Of a stretch of DNA of 64,000 bases, positions 13,976 to 27,309 are shown in pieces. How positions within the stretch are numbered: position 1 is the stretch's first letter; each line of letters starts with the position of its first letter. Position numbers and translations under genes: made by a program. The stretch is taken from positions 20,336,001 through 20,400,000 of the forward strand of contig OZ024744.1 in assembly GCA_964016885.1 (NCBI GenBank), given 5' to 3'. The DNA comes from Eledone cirrhosa. Its lineage: Eukaryota. Below the pieces are notes generated by a model. The model saw only the letters and a list, made by a program, of their open reading frames with translations. It was not told where the DNA came from and did not search any database.

Positions 13976-16900
13976 GTTTTAATAGCAGTTGAATGTTAAG
14001 ATAAAACTCGTTTTAACAATTATTGAATCTTAAGAACTGACTCGTTTTAACAACAGTTGAAACTTAAGAACTGACTCGTTTTAACAACAGCTGAATCTTA
14101 ATATAAAACTCGTTTTAACAACAGTTCAAACATAAGAAATGATTCGTTTTAACAACAGTTGAATCTTAAGAACTGATTCGTTTTAACAGCAGTTGAATCT
14201 TAAGATAAAACTCGTTTTAACAACAGTTGAATCTTAAGAATTGACTCGATTTATCAACAGTTCAACCTTAAGAACTGACTCGTTTTAAAACAGTTGAATC
14301 TTCAAATAAAACTCGTTTTAACAACAGTTGAATCTTAAGAACTGACTCGTTTTAACAACAGTTGAATCTGAATATAAAATTCGTTTTAACAACACTTGAA
14401 TCTTAAGAACTGATTCGTTTTAACAACAGTTCAAACTTAAGAACTGACTCGTTTTAACAACAGTTGAATCTTATGAACTGACTCATTTTAACAACAGATG
14501 AATCTTAAGATAACATTCGTTTTAACAACAGTTGAATCTTAAGAACTGACTCGTTTTAACAACAGTTGAATCTTAAGATAAAACTCGTTTTAACAACAGT
14601 TGAATCTTATGAACTAACTCATTTTAACAACAGTTGAATCTTAAGATAAGACTCGTTTTATCAATAGTTGAATCTTAAGAACTGACTCGTTTTAACGACA
14701 GCTGAATCTTAAGATAAAACTCGTTTTAACAACAGTTGAATCTTAAAGATAAAACTCGCTTTAACAACAGTTGAATCGTTAGAACTGACTCGTTTTAACA
14801 ACAGTTGAATCTTAAAATAAAACTCGTTTTAACAATAGTTGAATCTCAAGAACTGACTCGTTTTAGCAACAGTTGAATCTTAAGATAACACTCGTTTTAA
14901 TAACAGTTGAATCTTAAGATAAACCTCGTTTTAACAACTGTTGAATCTTAAGAACTGACTCGTTTTAACAACAGTTAAATCTTAATAACTGACTCGTTTT
15001 AACAACAGTTGAATCTTAAGATAAAAACACGTTTTAACAATAGTTAAATCTTAAGAACTGACTCGTTTTAACAACAGTTGAATCTTAAGATATAACTCGT
15101 TTTAACAACAGTTGAATCTTAAGATAAAATTCGTTTTAACAACAGTTGAATCTTAAGAGCTGACTCGTTTTAACAACAGTTCAAACTTAAGAACTGACTC
15201 GTTTTAACAACAGTTGAATCTTCAAATAAAACTCGATTTAACAACAGTTGAATCTTAAGAACTGACTCGTTTTAACAACAGTTGAATCTTAAGATAAAAC
15301 GTGTTTTAACAACAGTTGAATGTTAAGAACTGACTCGTTTTAACGACAGCTGAATCTTAAGAACTGACTCGTTTTAACAACAGTTGAATCATCAAATCAA
15401 ACTCGTTCTAACAACAGTTGAATCTTAAGAACTGACTCGTTTTAACAACAGTTGAATCTTAAGACAAAACTCGTTTTAACAACAGTTGAATCTTAAGAAC
15501 TGACTCGTTTTAACAACAGCTGAATCTTAAGATACAACTCGTTTTAACAACAGTTCAACCTTAAGAGCTGACTCGTTTAACATCAGTTGAATCTTCAAAT
15601 AAAACTCGTTTTAACAACAGTTGAAACTTAAGAACTGACTCGTTTTAACAACAGTTGAATGTTAAGAGAAAACTCGTTTTAACAATAGTTGAATCTTAAG
15701 AACTGACTCGTTTTAACAACAGTTGAATCTTAAGATAAAACTCGTTTTAACAACTGTTGAATCTTAAGAACTGACTCGTTTTAACAACAGCTGAATCTTA
15801 AGATAAAACTCGTTTTAACAACAGTTGAATCTTAAGAACTGACTCGTTTTAACAACAGATGAATCTTCAAATAAAAGTCGTTTTAACAACAGTTGAATCT
15901 TAAGAACTGACTCGTTTTAATAGCAGTTGAATGTTAAGATAAAACTCGTTTTAACAATAGTTGAATCTTAAGAACTGACTCGTTTTAACAACAGTTGAAA
16001 CTTAAGAACTGACTCGTTTTAACAACAGCTGAATCTTAATATAAAACTCGTTTTAACAACAGTTCAAACATAAGAAATGATTCGTTTTAACAACAGTTGA
16101 ATCTTAAGAACTGATTCGTTTTAACAGCAGTTGAATCTTAAGATAAAACTCGTTTTAACAACAGTTGAATCTTAATAACTGACTCGTCTTAACAACAGCT
16201 GAATCTTAAGATAAAACTCGTTTTAACAACAGTTGAATCTTAAGAACTGACTCGATTTATCAACAGTTCAACCTTAAGAACTGACTCGTTTTAAAACAGT
16301 TGAATCTTCAAATAAAACTCGTTTTAACAACAGTTGAATCTTAAGAACTGACTCGTTTTAACAACAGTTGAATCTGAAGATAAAATTCGTTTTAACAACA
16401 CTTGAATCTTAAGAACTGATTCGTTTTAACAACAGTTCAAACTTAAGAACTGACTCGTTTTAACAACAGTTGAATCTTATGAACTGACTCATTTTAACAA
16501 CAGATGAATCTTAAGATAACATTCGTTTTAACAACAGTTGAATCTTAAGAACTGACTCGTTTTAACAACAGATGAATCTTAAGATAAAACTCGTTTTAAC
16601 AACAGTTGAATCTTAAGATAAAACTCGTTTTAACAACAGTTGAATCTTAAGAACTGACTCGTTTTAACAACAGTTGAATCTTAAGATAAAACTCGTTTTA
16701 ACAACAGTTGAATCTTATGAACTAACTCATTTTAACAACAGTTGAATCTTAAGATAAGACTCGTTTTATCAATAGTAAAATCTTAAGAACTGACTCGTTT
16801 TAACGACAGCTGAATCTTAAGATAAAACTAGTTTTAACAACAGTTGAATCTTAAAGATAAAACTCGCTTTAACAACAGTTGAATCGTTAGAACTGACTCG

Positions 16901-17270
16901 TTTTAACAACAGTTGAATCTTAAAATAAAACTCGTTTTAACAATAGTTGAATCTCAAGAACTGACTCGTTTTAGCAACAGTTGAATCTTAAGATAACACT
17001 CGTTTTAATAACAGTTGAATCTTAAGATAAACCTCGTTTTAACAACAGTTGAATCTTAAGAACTGACTCGTTTTAACAACAGTTAAATCTTAATAACTGA
17101 CTCGTTTTAACAACAGTTGAATCTTAAGATATAACTCGTTTTAACAACAGTTGAATCTTAAGATATAACTCGTTTTAACAACAGTTGAATCTTAAGATAA
17201 AATTCGTTTTAACAACAGTTGAATCTTAAGAGCTGACTCGTTTTAACAACAGTTCAAACTTAAGAACTGA
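13260..17270. repeat. Tandem duplication with a period of 1938 bp (57 monomers) rising to 2108 bp (62 monomers) through whole-monomer indels
   Basis: Markers AAACTCGATT 13291/15229, GTTAAGAGAA 13723/15661, TTGAATCGTTAG 14771/16879. Confidence 0.85.
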
Positions 17271-20200
17271 CTCGTTCTAACAACAGTTGAATCTTATGAT
17301 AAAAATCATTTTAACAACAGTTGATTCTTAAGAACTGATTCGTTTTAACAACAGTTGAATCTTAAGATAAAATTCGTTTTAACAACAGTTGAATCTTAAG
17401 AGCTGACTCGTTTTAACAACAGTTCAAACTTAAGAACTGACTCGTTTTAACAACAGTTGAATCGTATGAACTGACTCATTTTAACAACAGTTGAATCTGA
17501 AGAACTGACTCGTTTTAACAACAGTTGAATCTTAAGAACTGACTCGTTTTAACGACAGCTGAATCTTAAGATAAAACTCGTTTTAACAACAGTTGAATCT
17601 TAAGAACTGACTCGTTTTATCAAGAGTTGAAACTTAAGAACTGACTCGTTTTAACAACAGTTGAATCTTAAGATAAAACTAGTATTAACAACAGTTGAAT
17701 CTTAAGAACTGACTCTTTTTAACAACAGTTGAATGTTAAGATAAAACTCGTTTTAACAATAGTTGAGTCTTAAGAACTGACTCGTTTTAACAACAGCTGA
17801 ATCTTAAGACAAAACTCGTTTTAACAATAGTTGAATCTTAAGAACTGACTCGTTTTAACAACAGTTGAATCTTAAGATAAAATTCGTTTTAACAACAGTT
17901 GAATCTTAAGAACTGACTCGTTTTAACAACAGCTGAATCTTAAGATAAAACTCGTTTTAACAACAGTTCAAACTTAAGAAATGACTCGTTTTAACAACAG
18001 TTGAATCTTATGAACTGACTCATTTTAACAACAGTTGAATCTTAAGATAACATTCGTTTTAACAACAGTTGAATCTTAAGAACTGATTCGTTTTAACAGC
18101 AGTTGAATCTTAAGATAAAACTCGTTTTAACAACAGTAGAATCTTAATAACTGACTCGTTTTAACAACAGCTGAATCTTAAGATAAAATTCGTTTTAACA
18201 ACAGTTGAATCTTAAGAACTGACTCGATTTATCAACAGTTCAACCTTAAGAACTGACTCGTTTTAACAACAGTTGAATCTTCAAATAAAACTCGTTTTAA
18301 CAACAGTTGAATCTTAAGAACTGACTCGTTTTAACAACAGTTGAATCTTAAGATAAAATTCGTTTTAACAACAGTTGAATCTTAAGAGCTGACTCGTTTT
18401 AACAACAGTTCAAACTTAAGAACTGACTCGTTTTAACAACAGTTGAATCTTATGAACTGACTTATTTTAACAACAGTTGAATCTGAAGAACTGACTCGTT
18501 TTAACAACAGTTGAATCTTAAAGATAAAACTCGTTTTAACAACAGTTGAATCTTAAGAACTGACTCGTTTTAACAACAGCTGAATCTTAAGATAAAACTC
18601 ATTTTAACAACAGTTGAATCTTAAGAACTGACTCGTTTTAACAACAGCTGAATCTTAAGATAAAACTCGTTTTAACAACAGTTGAATCTTAAGAACTGAC
18701 TTGTTTTATCAACAGTTCAACCGTAAGAACTGACTCGTTTTAACAACAGTTAAATCTTAATAACTGACTCGATTTAACAACAGTTGAATGTTAAGATAAA
18801 ACTCGTTTTAACAATAGTTGAATCTTAAGAACTGACTCGTTTTAACAACAGTTGAATCTTAAGATAAAAGTCGTTTTAACAACAGTTGAATCTTAAGAAC
18901 TGACTCATTTTAACAACAGTTGAATCTTAAGATAAAACTCGTTTTAACAACAGTTAAATCTTAAGAACTGACTCGTTTTAACAACAGTTGAATCTTCAAA
19001 TAAAACTTGTTTTAACAACAGTTGAATCTTAAGAACTGACTGGTTTTAACAACAGTTGAATGTTAAGATAAAACTCGTTTTAACAATAGTTGAATCTTAA
19101 GAACTGACTCGTTTTAACAACAGTTGAATCTTAAGATAAAACTCGTTTTAACAACAGTTGAATCTTAAGAACTGACTCGTTTAACAACAGCTGAATCTTA
19201 AGATAAAACTCGTTTTAACAACAGTTCAAACTTAAGAAATGACTCGTTTTAACAACAGTTGAATCTTATGAACTGACTCATTTTAACAACATTTGAATCT
19301 TAAGATAACATTCGTTTTAACAGCAGTTGAAACTTAAGAACTGATTCGTTTTAACAACAGTTGAATCTTAAGATAAAACTCGTTTTAACAACAGTTGAAT
19401 CTTAAGAACTGACTCGTTTTAACAACAGCTGAATCTTAAGATAAAATTCGTTTTAACAACAGTTGAATCTTAAGAACTGACTCGTTTTATCAACAGTTCA
19501 ACCTTAAGTTCTGACTCGTTTTAACAACAGTTGAATTTTCAAATAAAACTCGTTTTAACAACAGTTGAATCTTAAAAACTGACTCGTTTTAACAACAGTT
19601 GAATCTTAAGATAAAATTCGTTTTAACAACAGTTGAATCTTAAGAACTGATTCGTTTTAACAACAGTTCAATCTTAAGAACTGACTCATTTTAACAACAC
19701 TTGAATCTTATGAACTGACTCATTTTAACAACAGTTGAATCTTAAGATAACATTCGTTTTAACAACAGTTCAACCTTAAGAATTGACTCGTTTTAACAAC
19801 AGTTGAATCTTCAAATAAAACTCGATTTAACAACAGTTGAATCTTAAGAACTGACTCGTTTTAACAACAGTTGAATCTTAAGATAAAACTCGTTTTAACA
19901 ACAGTTGAATCTTAAGAACTGACTCGTGTTATCAACAGTTCAACCGTAAGAACTGACTCGTTTTAACAACAGTTGAATCATCAAATCAAACTCGTTCTAA
20001 CAACAGTTGAATCTTAAGAACTGACTCGTTTTAACAACAGTTGAATCTTAAGATAAAACTCGTTTTAACAACAGTTGAATCTTAAGAACTGACTCATTTT
20101 AACAACAGTTGAATCTTAAGATAAAACTCGTTTTAACAACAGTTGAATCTTAAGAACTGACTCGTTTTAACAACAGCTGAATCTTTAGATAAAACTCGTT

Positions 20201-23200
20201 TTAACAACAGTTGAATCTTAAGAACTGACTCGTTTTAACATCAGTTCAACCATAAGAGATGACTCGTTTAACAACAGTTGAATCTTCAAATAAAACTCGT
20301 TTTACCAACAGTTGAAAATTAAGAACTGACTCGTTTTAACAACAGTTGAATCATCAAATAAAACTCGTTTAACAACAGTTGAATATTAAGAACTGACTCG
20401 TTTTAACAACAGTTGAATGTTAAGATAAAACTCGTTTTAACAATAGTTGAATCTTAAGAAATGACTCGTTTTAACAACATTTGAATCTTAAGATAAAACT
20501 CGTTTTAACAACAGTTGAATCTTAAGAACTGACTCGTTTTAACAACAGCTGAATCTTAAGATAAAACTCGTTTTAACAACAGTTCGAACTTAAGAAATGA
20601 CTCTTTTTAACAACAGTTGAATCTTATGAACTGACTCGTTTTAACAACAGTTGAATCTTAAGATAACATTCGTTTTAACAACAGTTGAATCTTAAGAACT
20701 GATTCGTTTTAACAACAGTTGAATCTGAAGATAAAACTCGTTTTAACAACAGTTGAATCTTAAGAACTGACTCGTTTTAACAACAGATGAATCTTAAGAT
20801 AAAACTCGATTTAACAACAGTTGAATCTTAAGAACTGACTCGTTTTATCAACAGTTCAACCTTAAGAACTGATTCGTTTTAACAACAGTTGAATCTTCAA
20901 ATAAAACTCGTTTTAACAACAGTTGAATCTTAAGAACTGACTCGTTTTAACAACAGTTGAATCTTAAGAACTGACTCGTTTTAACAATAGTTGAATCTTA
21001 TGAACTGACTCATTTTAACAACAGTTGAATCTTAATATAACATTCGTTTTAACAACAGTTGAATCTTAAGAACTGACTCGTTTTAACAACAGTTGAATCT
21101 TCAAATAAAACTCGATTTAACAACAGTTGAATCTTAAGAACTGACTCGTTTTAACAACTGTTGAATCTTAAGATAAAACTCGTCTTAACAACAGTTGAAT
21201 CTTAAGAACTGACTCGTTTTATCAACAGTTCAACCTTAAGAACTAACTCGTTTTAACAACAGTTGAATCATCAAATCAAACTCGTTCTAACAACAGTTGA
21301 ATCTTAAGAACTGACTCGTTTTAACAACAGTTGAGTCTTAAGATAAAACTCGTTTTAACAACAGTTGAATCTTAAGAACTGACTTGTTTTAACATCAGTT
21401 CAACCTTAAGAGCTGACTCGTTTAACAACAGTTGAATCTTCAAATAAATCTCGTTTTAACAACAGTTGAAAATTAAAAACTGACTCGTTTTAACAATAGT
21501 TGAATCTTAAGATAAAACTAGTTTTAACAACAGTTGAATCTTAAGAACTGACTCGTTTTAACAACAGTTGGATGTTAAGATAAAACTCGTTTTAACAATA
21601 GTTGAATCTTAAGAACTGACTCGTTTTAACAACAGTTGAATCTTAAGATAAAACTCGTTTTAACAACAGTTGAATCTTAAGAACTGACTCGTTTTAACAA
21701 CAGTTGAATCTTAAGATAAAACCCGTTTTAACAACAGTTGAATCTTAAGAACTGACTCGTTTTAACAACAGATGAATCTTAAGATAAAACTCGTTTTAAC
21801 AACAGTTGAATCTTAAGAACTGACTTGTTTTATCAACAGTTCAACCGTACGAACTGACTCGTTTTAACAACAGTTGAATCTTCAAATAAAACTCGTTTTA
21901 ACAACAGTTGAATCTTAAGAAATGACTCGTTTTAACAACAGTTGAATCTTAAGATAAAACTCGTTTTAACAACAGTTGAATCTTAAGAACTGACTCGTTT
22001 TAACAACAGCTGAATCTTAAGATAAAACTCGTTTTAACAACAGTTGAATGTTTAAGAACTGACTTGTTTTATCAACAGTTCAACCGTAAGAACTGACTCG
22101 TTTTAACAACAGTTGAATGTTCAAATAAAACTCGTTTTAACAACAGTTGAATCTTAAGAACTGACTCGTTTTAACAACAGTTGAATCTTAAGAACTGACT
22201 CGTTTTAACAACAGTTAAATCTTAATAACTGACTCGTTTTAACAACAGTTGAATGTTAAGATAAAACTCGTTTTAACAACAGTTGAATCTTAAGAACTGA
22301 CTCGTTTTAACAACAGCTGAATCTTAAGATAAAACTCGTTTTAACAACAGTTGAATCTTAAGAACTGACTCGTTTTAACAACAGTTGAATCTTCAAATAA
22401 AACTCGTTTAACAACAGTTGAATATTAAGAACTGACTCGTTTTAACAACAGTTGAATGTTAAGATAAAACTCGTTTTAACAATAGTTGAATCTTAAGAAA
22501 TGACTCGTTTTAACAACATTTGAATCTTAAGATAAAACTCGTTTTAACAACAGTTGAATCTTAAGAACTGACTCGTTTTAACAACAGCTGAATCTTAAGA
22601 TAAAACTCGTTTTAACAACAGTTCGAACTTAAGAAATGACTCGTTTTAACAACAGTTGAATCTTATGAACTGACTCATTTTAACAACAGTTGAATCTTAA
22701 GATAACATTCGTTTTAACAACAGTTGAATCTTAAGATAAAACTCGTTTTAACAACAGTTGAATCTTAAGAACTGACTCGTTTTAACAACAGATGAATCTT
22801 AAGATAAAACTCGTTTTAACAACAGTTGAATCTTAAGAACTGACTCGTTTTATCAACAGTTCAACCTTAAGAACTGATTCGTTTTAATAACAGTTGAATC
22901 TTCAAATAAAACTCGTTTTAACAACAGTTGAATCTTAATAACTGACTCGTTTTAACAACAGTTGCATCTTAAGAACTGACTCGTTTTAACAATAGTTGAA
23001 TCTTATGAACTGACTCATTTTAACAACAGTTGAATCTTAATATAACATTCGTTTTAACAACAGTTGAATCTTAAAAACTGACTCGTTTTAACAACAGTTG
23101 AATCTTCAAATAAAACTCGATTTAACAACAGTTGAATCTTAAGAACTGACTCGTTTTAACAACTGTTGAATCTTAAGATAAAACTCGTCTTAACAACAGT

Positions 23201-26200
23201 TGAATCTTAAGAACTGACTCGTTTTATCAACAGTTCAACCTTAAGAACTAACTCGTTTTAACAACAGTTGAATCATCAAATCAAACTCGTTCTAACAACA
23301 GTTGAATCTTAAGAACTGACTCGTTTTAACAACAGTTGAGTCTCAAGATAAAACTCGTTTTAACAACAGTTGAATCTTAAGAACTGACTTGTTTTAACAT
23401 CAGTTCAACCTTAAGAGCTGACTCGTTTAACAACAGTTGAATCTTCAAATAAAACTCGTTTTAACAACAGTTGAAAATTAAGAACTGACTCGTTTTAACA
23501 ATAGTTGAATCTTAAGATAAAACTAGTTTTAACAAAAGTTGAATCTTAAGAACTGACTCGTTTTAACAACAGTTGGATGTTAAGATAAAACTCGTTTTAA
23601 CAATAGTTGAATCTTAAGAACTGACTCGTTTTAACAACAGTTGAATCTTAAGATAAAACTCGTTTTAACAACAGTTGAATCTTAAGAACTGACTCGTTTT
23701 AACAACAGTTGAATCTTAAGATAAAACCCGTTTTAACAACAGTTGAATCTTAAGAACTGACTCGTTTTAACAACAGATGAATCTTAAGATAAAACTCGTT
23801 TTAACAACAGTTGAATCTTAAGAACTGATTCGTTTTAACAACAGTTGAATCTTAAGATAAAACTCGTTTTAACAACAGTTGAATCTTAAGAACTGACTCG
23901 TTTTATCAACAGTTCAACCTTAAGAACTGATTCGTTTTAACAACAGTTGAATCTTTAAATAAAACTCGTTTTAACAACAGTTGAATCTTAAGAACTGACT
24001 CGTTTTAACAACAGTTAAATCTTAAGAACTGACTCGTTTTAACAATAGTTGAATCTTATGAACTGACTCATTTTAACAACAGTTGAATCTTAATATAACA
24101 TTCGTTTTAACAACAGTTGAATCTTAAGAACTGACTCGTTTTAACAACAGTTGAATCTTCAAATAAAACTAGATTTAACAACAGTTGAATCTTAAGAACT
24201 GACTCGTTTTATCAACAGTTCAACCTTAAGAACTAACTCGTTTTAACAACAGTTGAATCATCAAATCAAACTCGTTCTAACAACAGTTGAATCTTAAGAA
24301 CTGACTTGTTTTAACATCAGTTCAACCTTAAGAGCTGACTCGTTTAACAACAGTTGAATCTTCAAATAAAACTCGTTTTAACAACAGTTGAAAATTAAGA
24401 ACTGACTCGTTTTAACAATAGTTGAATCTTAAGATAAAACTAGTTTTAACAACAGTTGAATCTTAAGAACTGACTCGTTTTAACAACAGTTGGATGTTAA
24501 GATAAAACTCGTTTTAACAATAGTTGAATCTTAAGAACTGACTCGTTTTAACAACAGTTGAATCTTAAGATAAAACTCGTTTTAACAACAGTTGAATCTT
24601 AAGAACTGACTCGTTTTAACAACAGTTGAATCTTAAGATAAAACCCGTTTTAACAACAGTTGAATCTTAAGAACTGACTCGTTTTAACAACAGATGAATC
24701 TTAAGATAAAACTCGTTTTAACAACAGTTGAATCTTAAGAACTGACTTGTTTTATCAACAGTTCAACCGTACGAACTGACTCGTTTTAACAACAGTTGAA
24801 TCTTCAAATAAAACTCGTTTTAACAACAGTTGAATCTTAAGAAATGACTCGTTTTAACAACAGTTGAATCTTAAGATAAAACTCGTTTTAACAACAGTTG
24901 AATCTTAAGAACTGACTCGTTTTAACAACAGTTGAATCTTAAGAACTGACTCGTTTTAACAACAGTTAAATCTTAATAACTGACTCGTTTTAACAACAGT
25001 TGAATGTTAAGAACTGATTCGTTTTAACAACAGTTCAAACTTAAGAACTGACTCGTATTAACAACAGTTGAATCTTATTATAAAACTCATTTTAACAACA
25101 GTTGAATCTTAAGAACTGATTCGTTTTAACAACAGATGAATCTTAAGATAAACCTCGTTTTAATAACAGTTGCATCTTAGGAACTGGCTCGTTTAAACAA
25201 CAGTTGAATCTTAAGATAAAACACGTTTTAACAACAGTTGAATCTTAAGAACTGACTCGTTTTAACAACAGTTGAATCTTAAGGACTGACTCGTTTTAAC
25301 AACAGTTGAATCTTATGAACTGACTCATTTTAACAACAATTGAATCTTAAGATAACATTCGTTTTAACAACAGTTGAATCTTAAGAACTGACTCGTTTTA
25401 TCAACAGTTCAACCTTAAGAAGTAACTCGTTTTAACAACAGTTGAATCATCAAATCAAACTCGTTCTAACAACAGTTGAATCTTAAGAACTGACTCGTTG
25501 TAACAACAGTTGAGTCTTAAGATAAAACTCGTTTTAACAACAGTTGAATCTTAAGAACTGACTCATTTTAACAACAGTTGAATCTTAAGATAAAACTCGT
25601 TTTAACAACAGTTGAATCTTAAGAACTGACTCGTTTTAACAACAGCTGAATCTTAAGATAAAACTCGTTTTAACAACAGTTGAATCTTAAGAACTGACTT
25701 GTTTTAACATCAGTTCAACCTTAAGAGCTGACTCGTTTAACAACAGTTGAATCTTCAAATAAAACTCGTTTTAACAACAGTTGAAAATTAAGAATTGACT
25801 CGTTTTAACAACAGTTGAATCTTCAAATAAAACTCGTTTAACAACAGTTGAATATTAAGAACTGACTCGTTCTAACAACAGTTGAATGTTAAGATAAAAC
25901 TCGTTTTAACAATAGTTGAATCTTAAGAAATGACTCGTTTTAACAACATTTGAATCTTAAGATAAAACTCGTTTTAACAACAGTTGAATCTTAAGAACTG
26001 ACTCGTTTTAACAACAGCTGAATCTTAAGATAAAACTCGTTTTAACAACAGTTCGAACTTAAGAAATGACTCGTTTTAACAACAGTTGAATCTTATGAAC
26101 TGACTCATTTTAACAACAGTTGAATCTTAAGATAACATTCGTTTTAACAACAGTTGAATCTTAAGAACTGATTCGTTTTAACAACAGTTGAATCTTAAGA

Positions 26201-27309
26201 TAAAACTCGTTTTAACAACAGTTGAATCTTAAGAACTGACTCGTTTTAACAACAGATGAATCTTAAGATAAAACTCGTTTTAACAACAGTTGAATCTTAA
26301 GAACTGACTCGTTTTATCAACAGTTCAACCTTAAGAACTGATTCGTTTTAACAACAGTTGAATCTTCAAATAAAACTCGTTTTAACAACACTTGAATCTT
26401 AATAACTGACTCGTTTTAACAACAGTTGAATCTTAAGAACTGACTCGTTTTAACAATAGTTGAATCTTATGAACTGACTCATTTTAACAACAGTTGAATC
26501 TTAATATAACATTCGTTTTAACAACAGTTGAATCTTAAGAACTGACTCGTTTTAACAACAGTTGAATCTTCAAATAAAACTCGATTTAACAACAGTTGAA
26601 TCTTAAGAACTGACTCGTTTTAACAACTGTTGAATCTTAAGATAAAACTCGTCTTAACAACAGTTGAATCTTAAGAACTGACTCGTTTTATCAACAGTTC
26701 AACCTTAAGAACTAACTCGTTTTAACAACAGTTGAATCATCAAATCAAACTCGTTCTAACAACAGTTGAATCTTAAGAACTGACTCGTTTTAACAACAGT
26801 TGAGTCTCAAGATAAAACTCGTTTTAACAACAGTTGAATCTTAAGAACTGACTTGTTTTAACATCAGTTCAACCTTAAGAGCTGACTCGTTTAACAACAG
26901 TTGAATCTTCAAATAAAACTCGTTTTAACAACAGTTGAAAATTAAGAACTGACTCGTTTTAACAATAGTTGAATCTTAAGATAAAACTAGTTTTAACAAC
27001 AGTTGAATCTTAAGAACTGACTCGTTTTAACAACAGTTGGATGTTAAGATAAAACTCGTTTTAACAATAGTTGAATCTTAAGAACTGACTCGTTTTAACA
27101 ACAGTTGAATCTTAAGATAAAACTCGTTTTAACAACAGTTGAATATTAAGAACTGACTCGTTTTAACAACAATTGAATCTTAAGATAAAACCCGTTTTAA
27201 CAACAGTTGAATCTTAAGAACTGACTCGTTTTAACAACAGATGAATCTTAAGATAAAACTCGTTTTAACAACAGTTGAATCTTAAGAACTGATTCGTTTT
27301 AACAACAGT

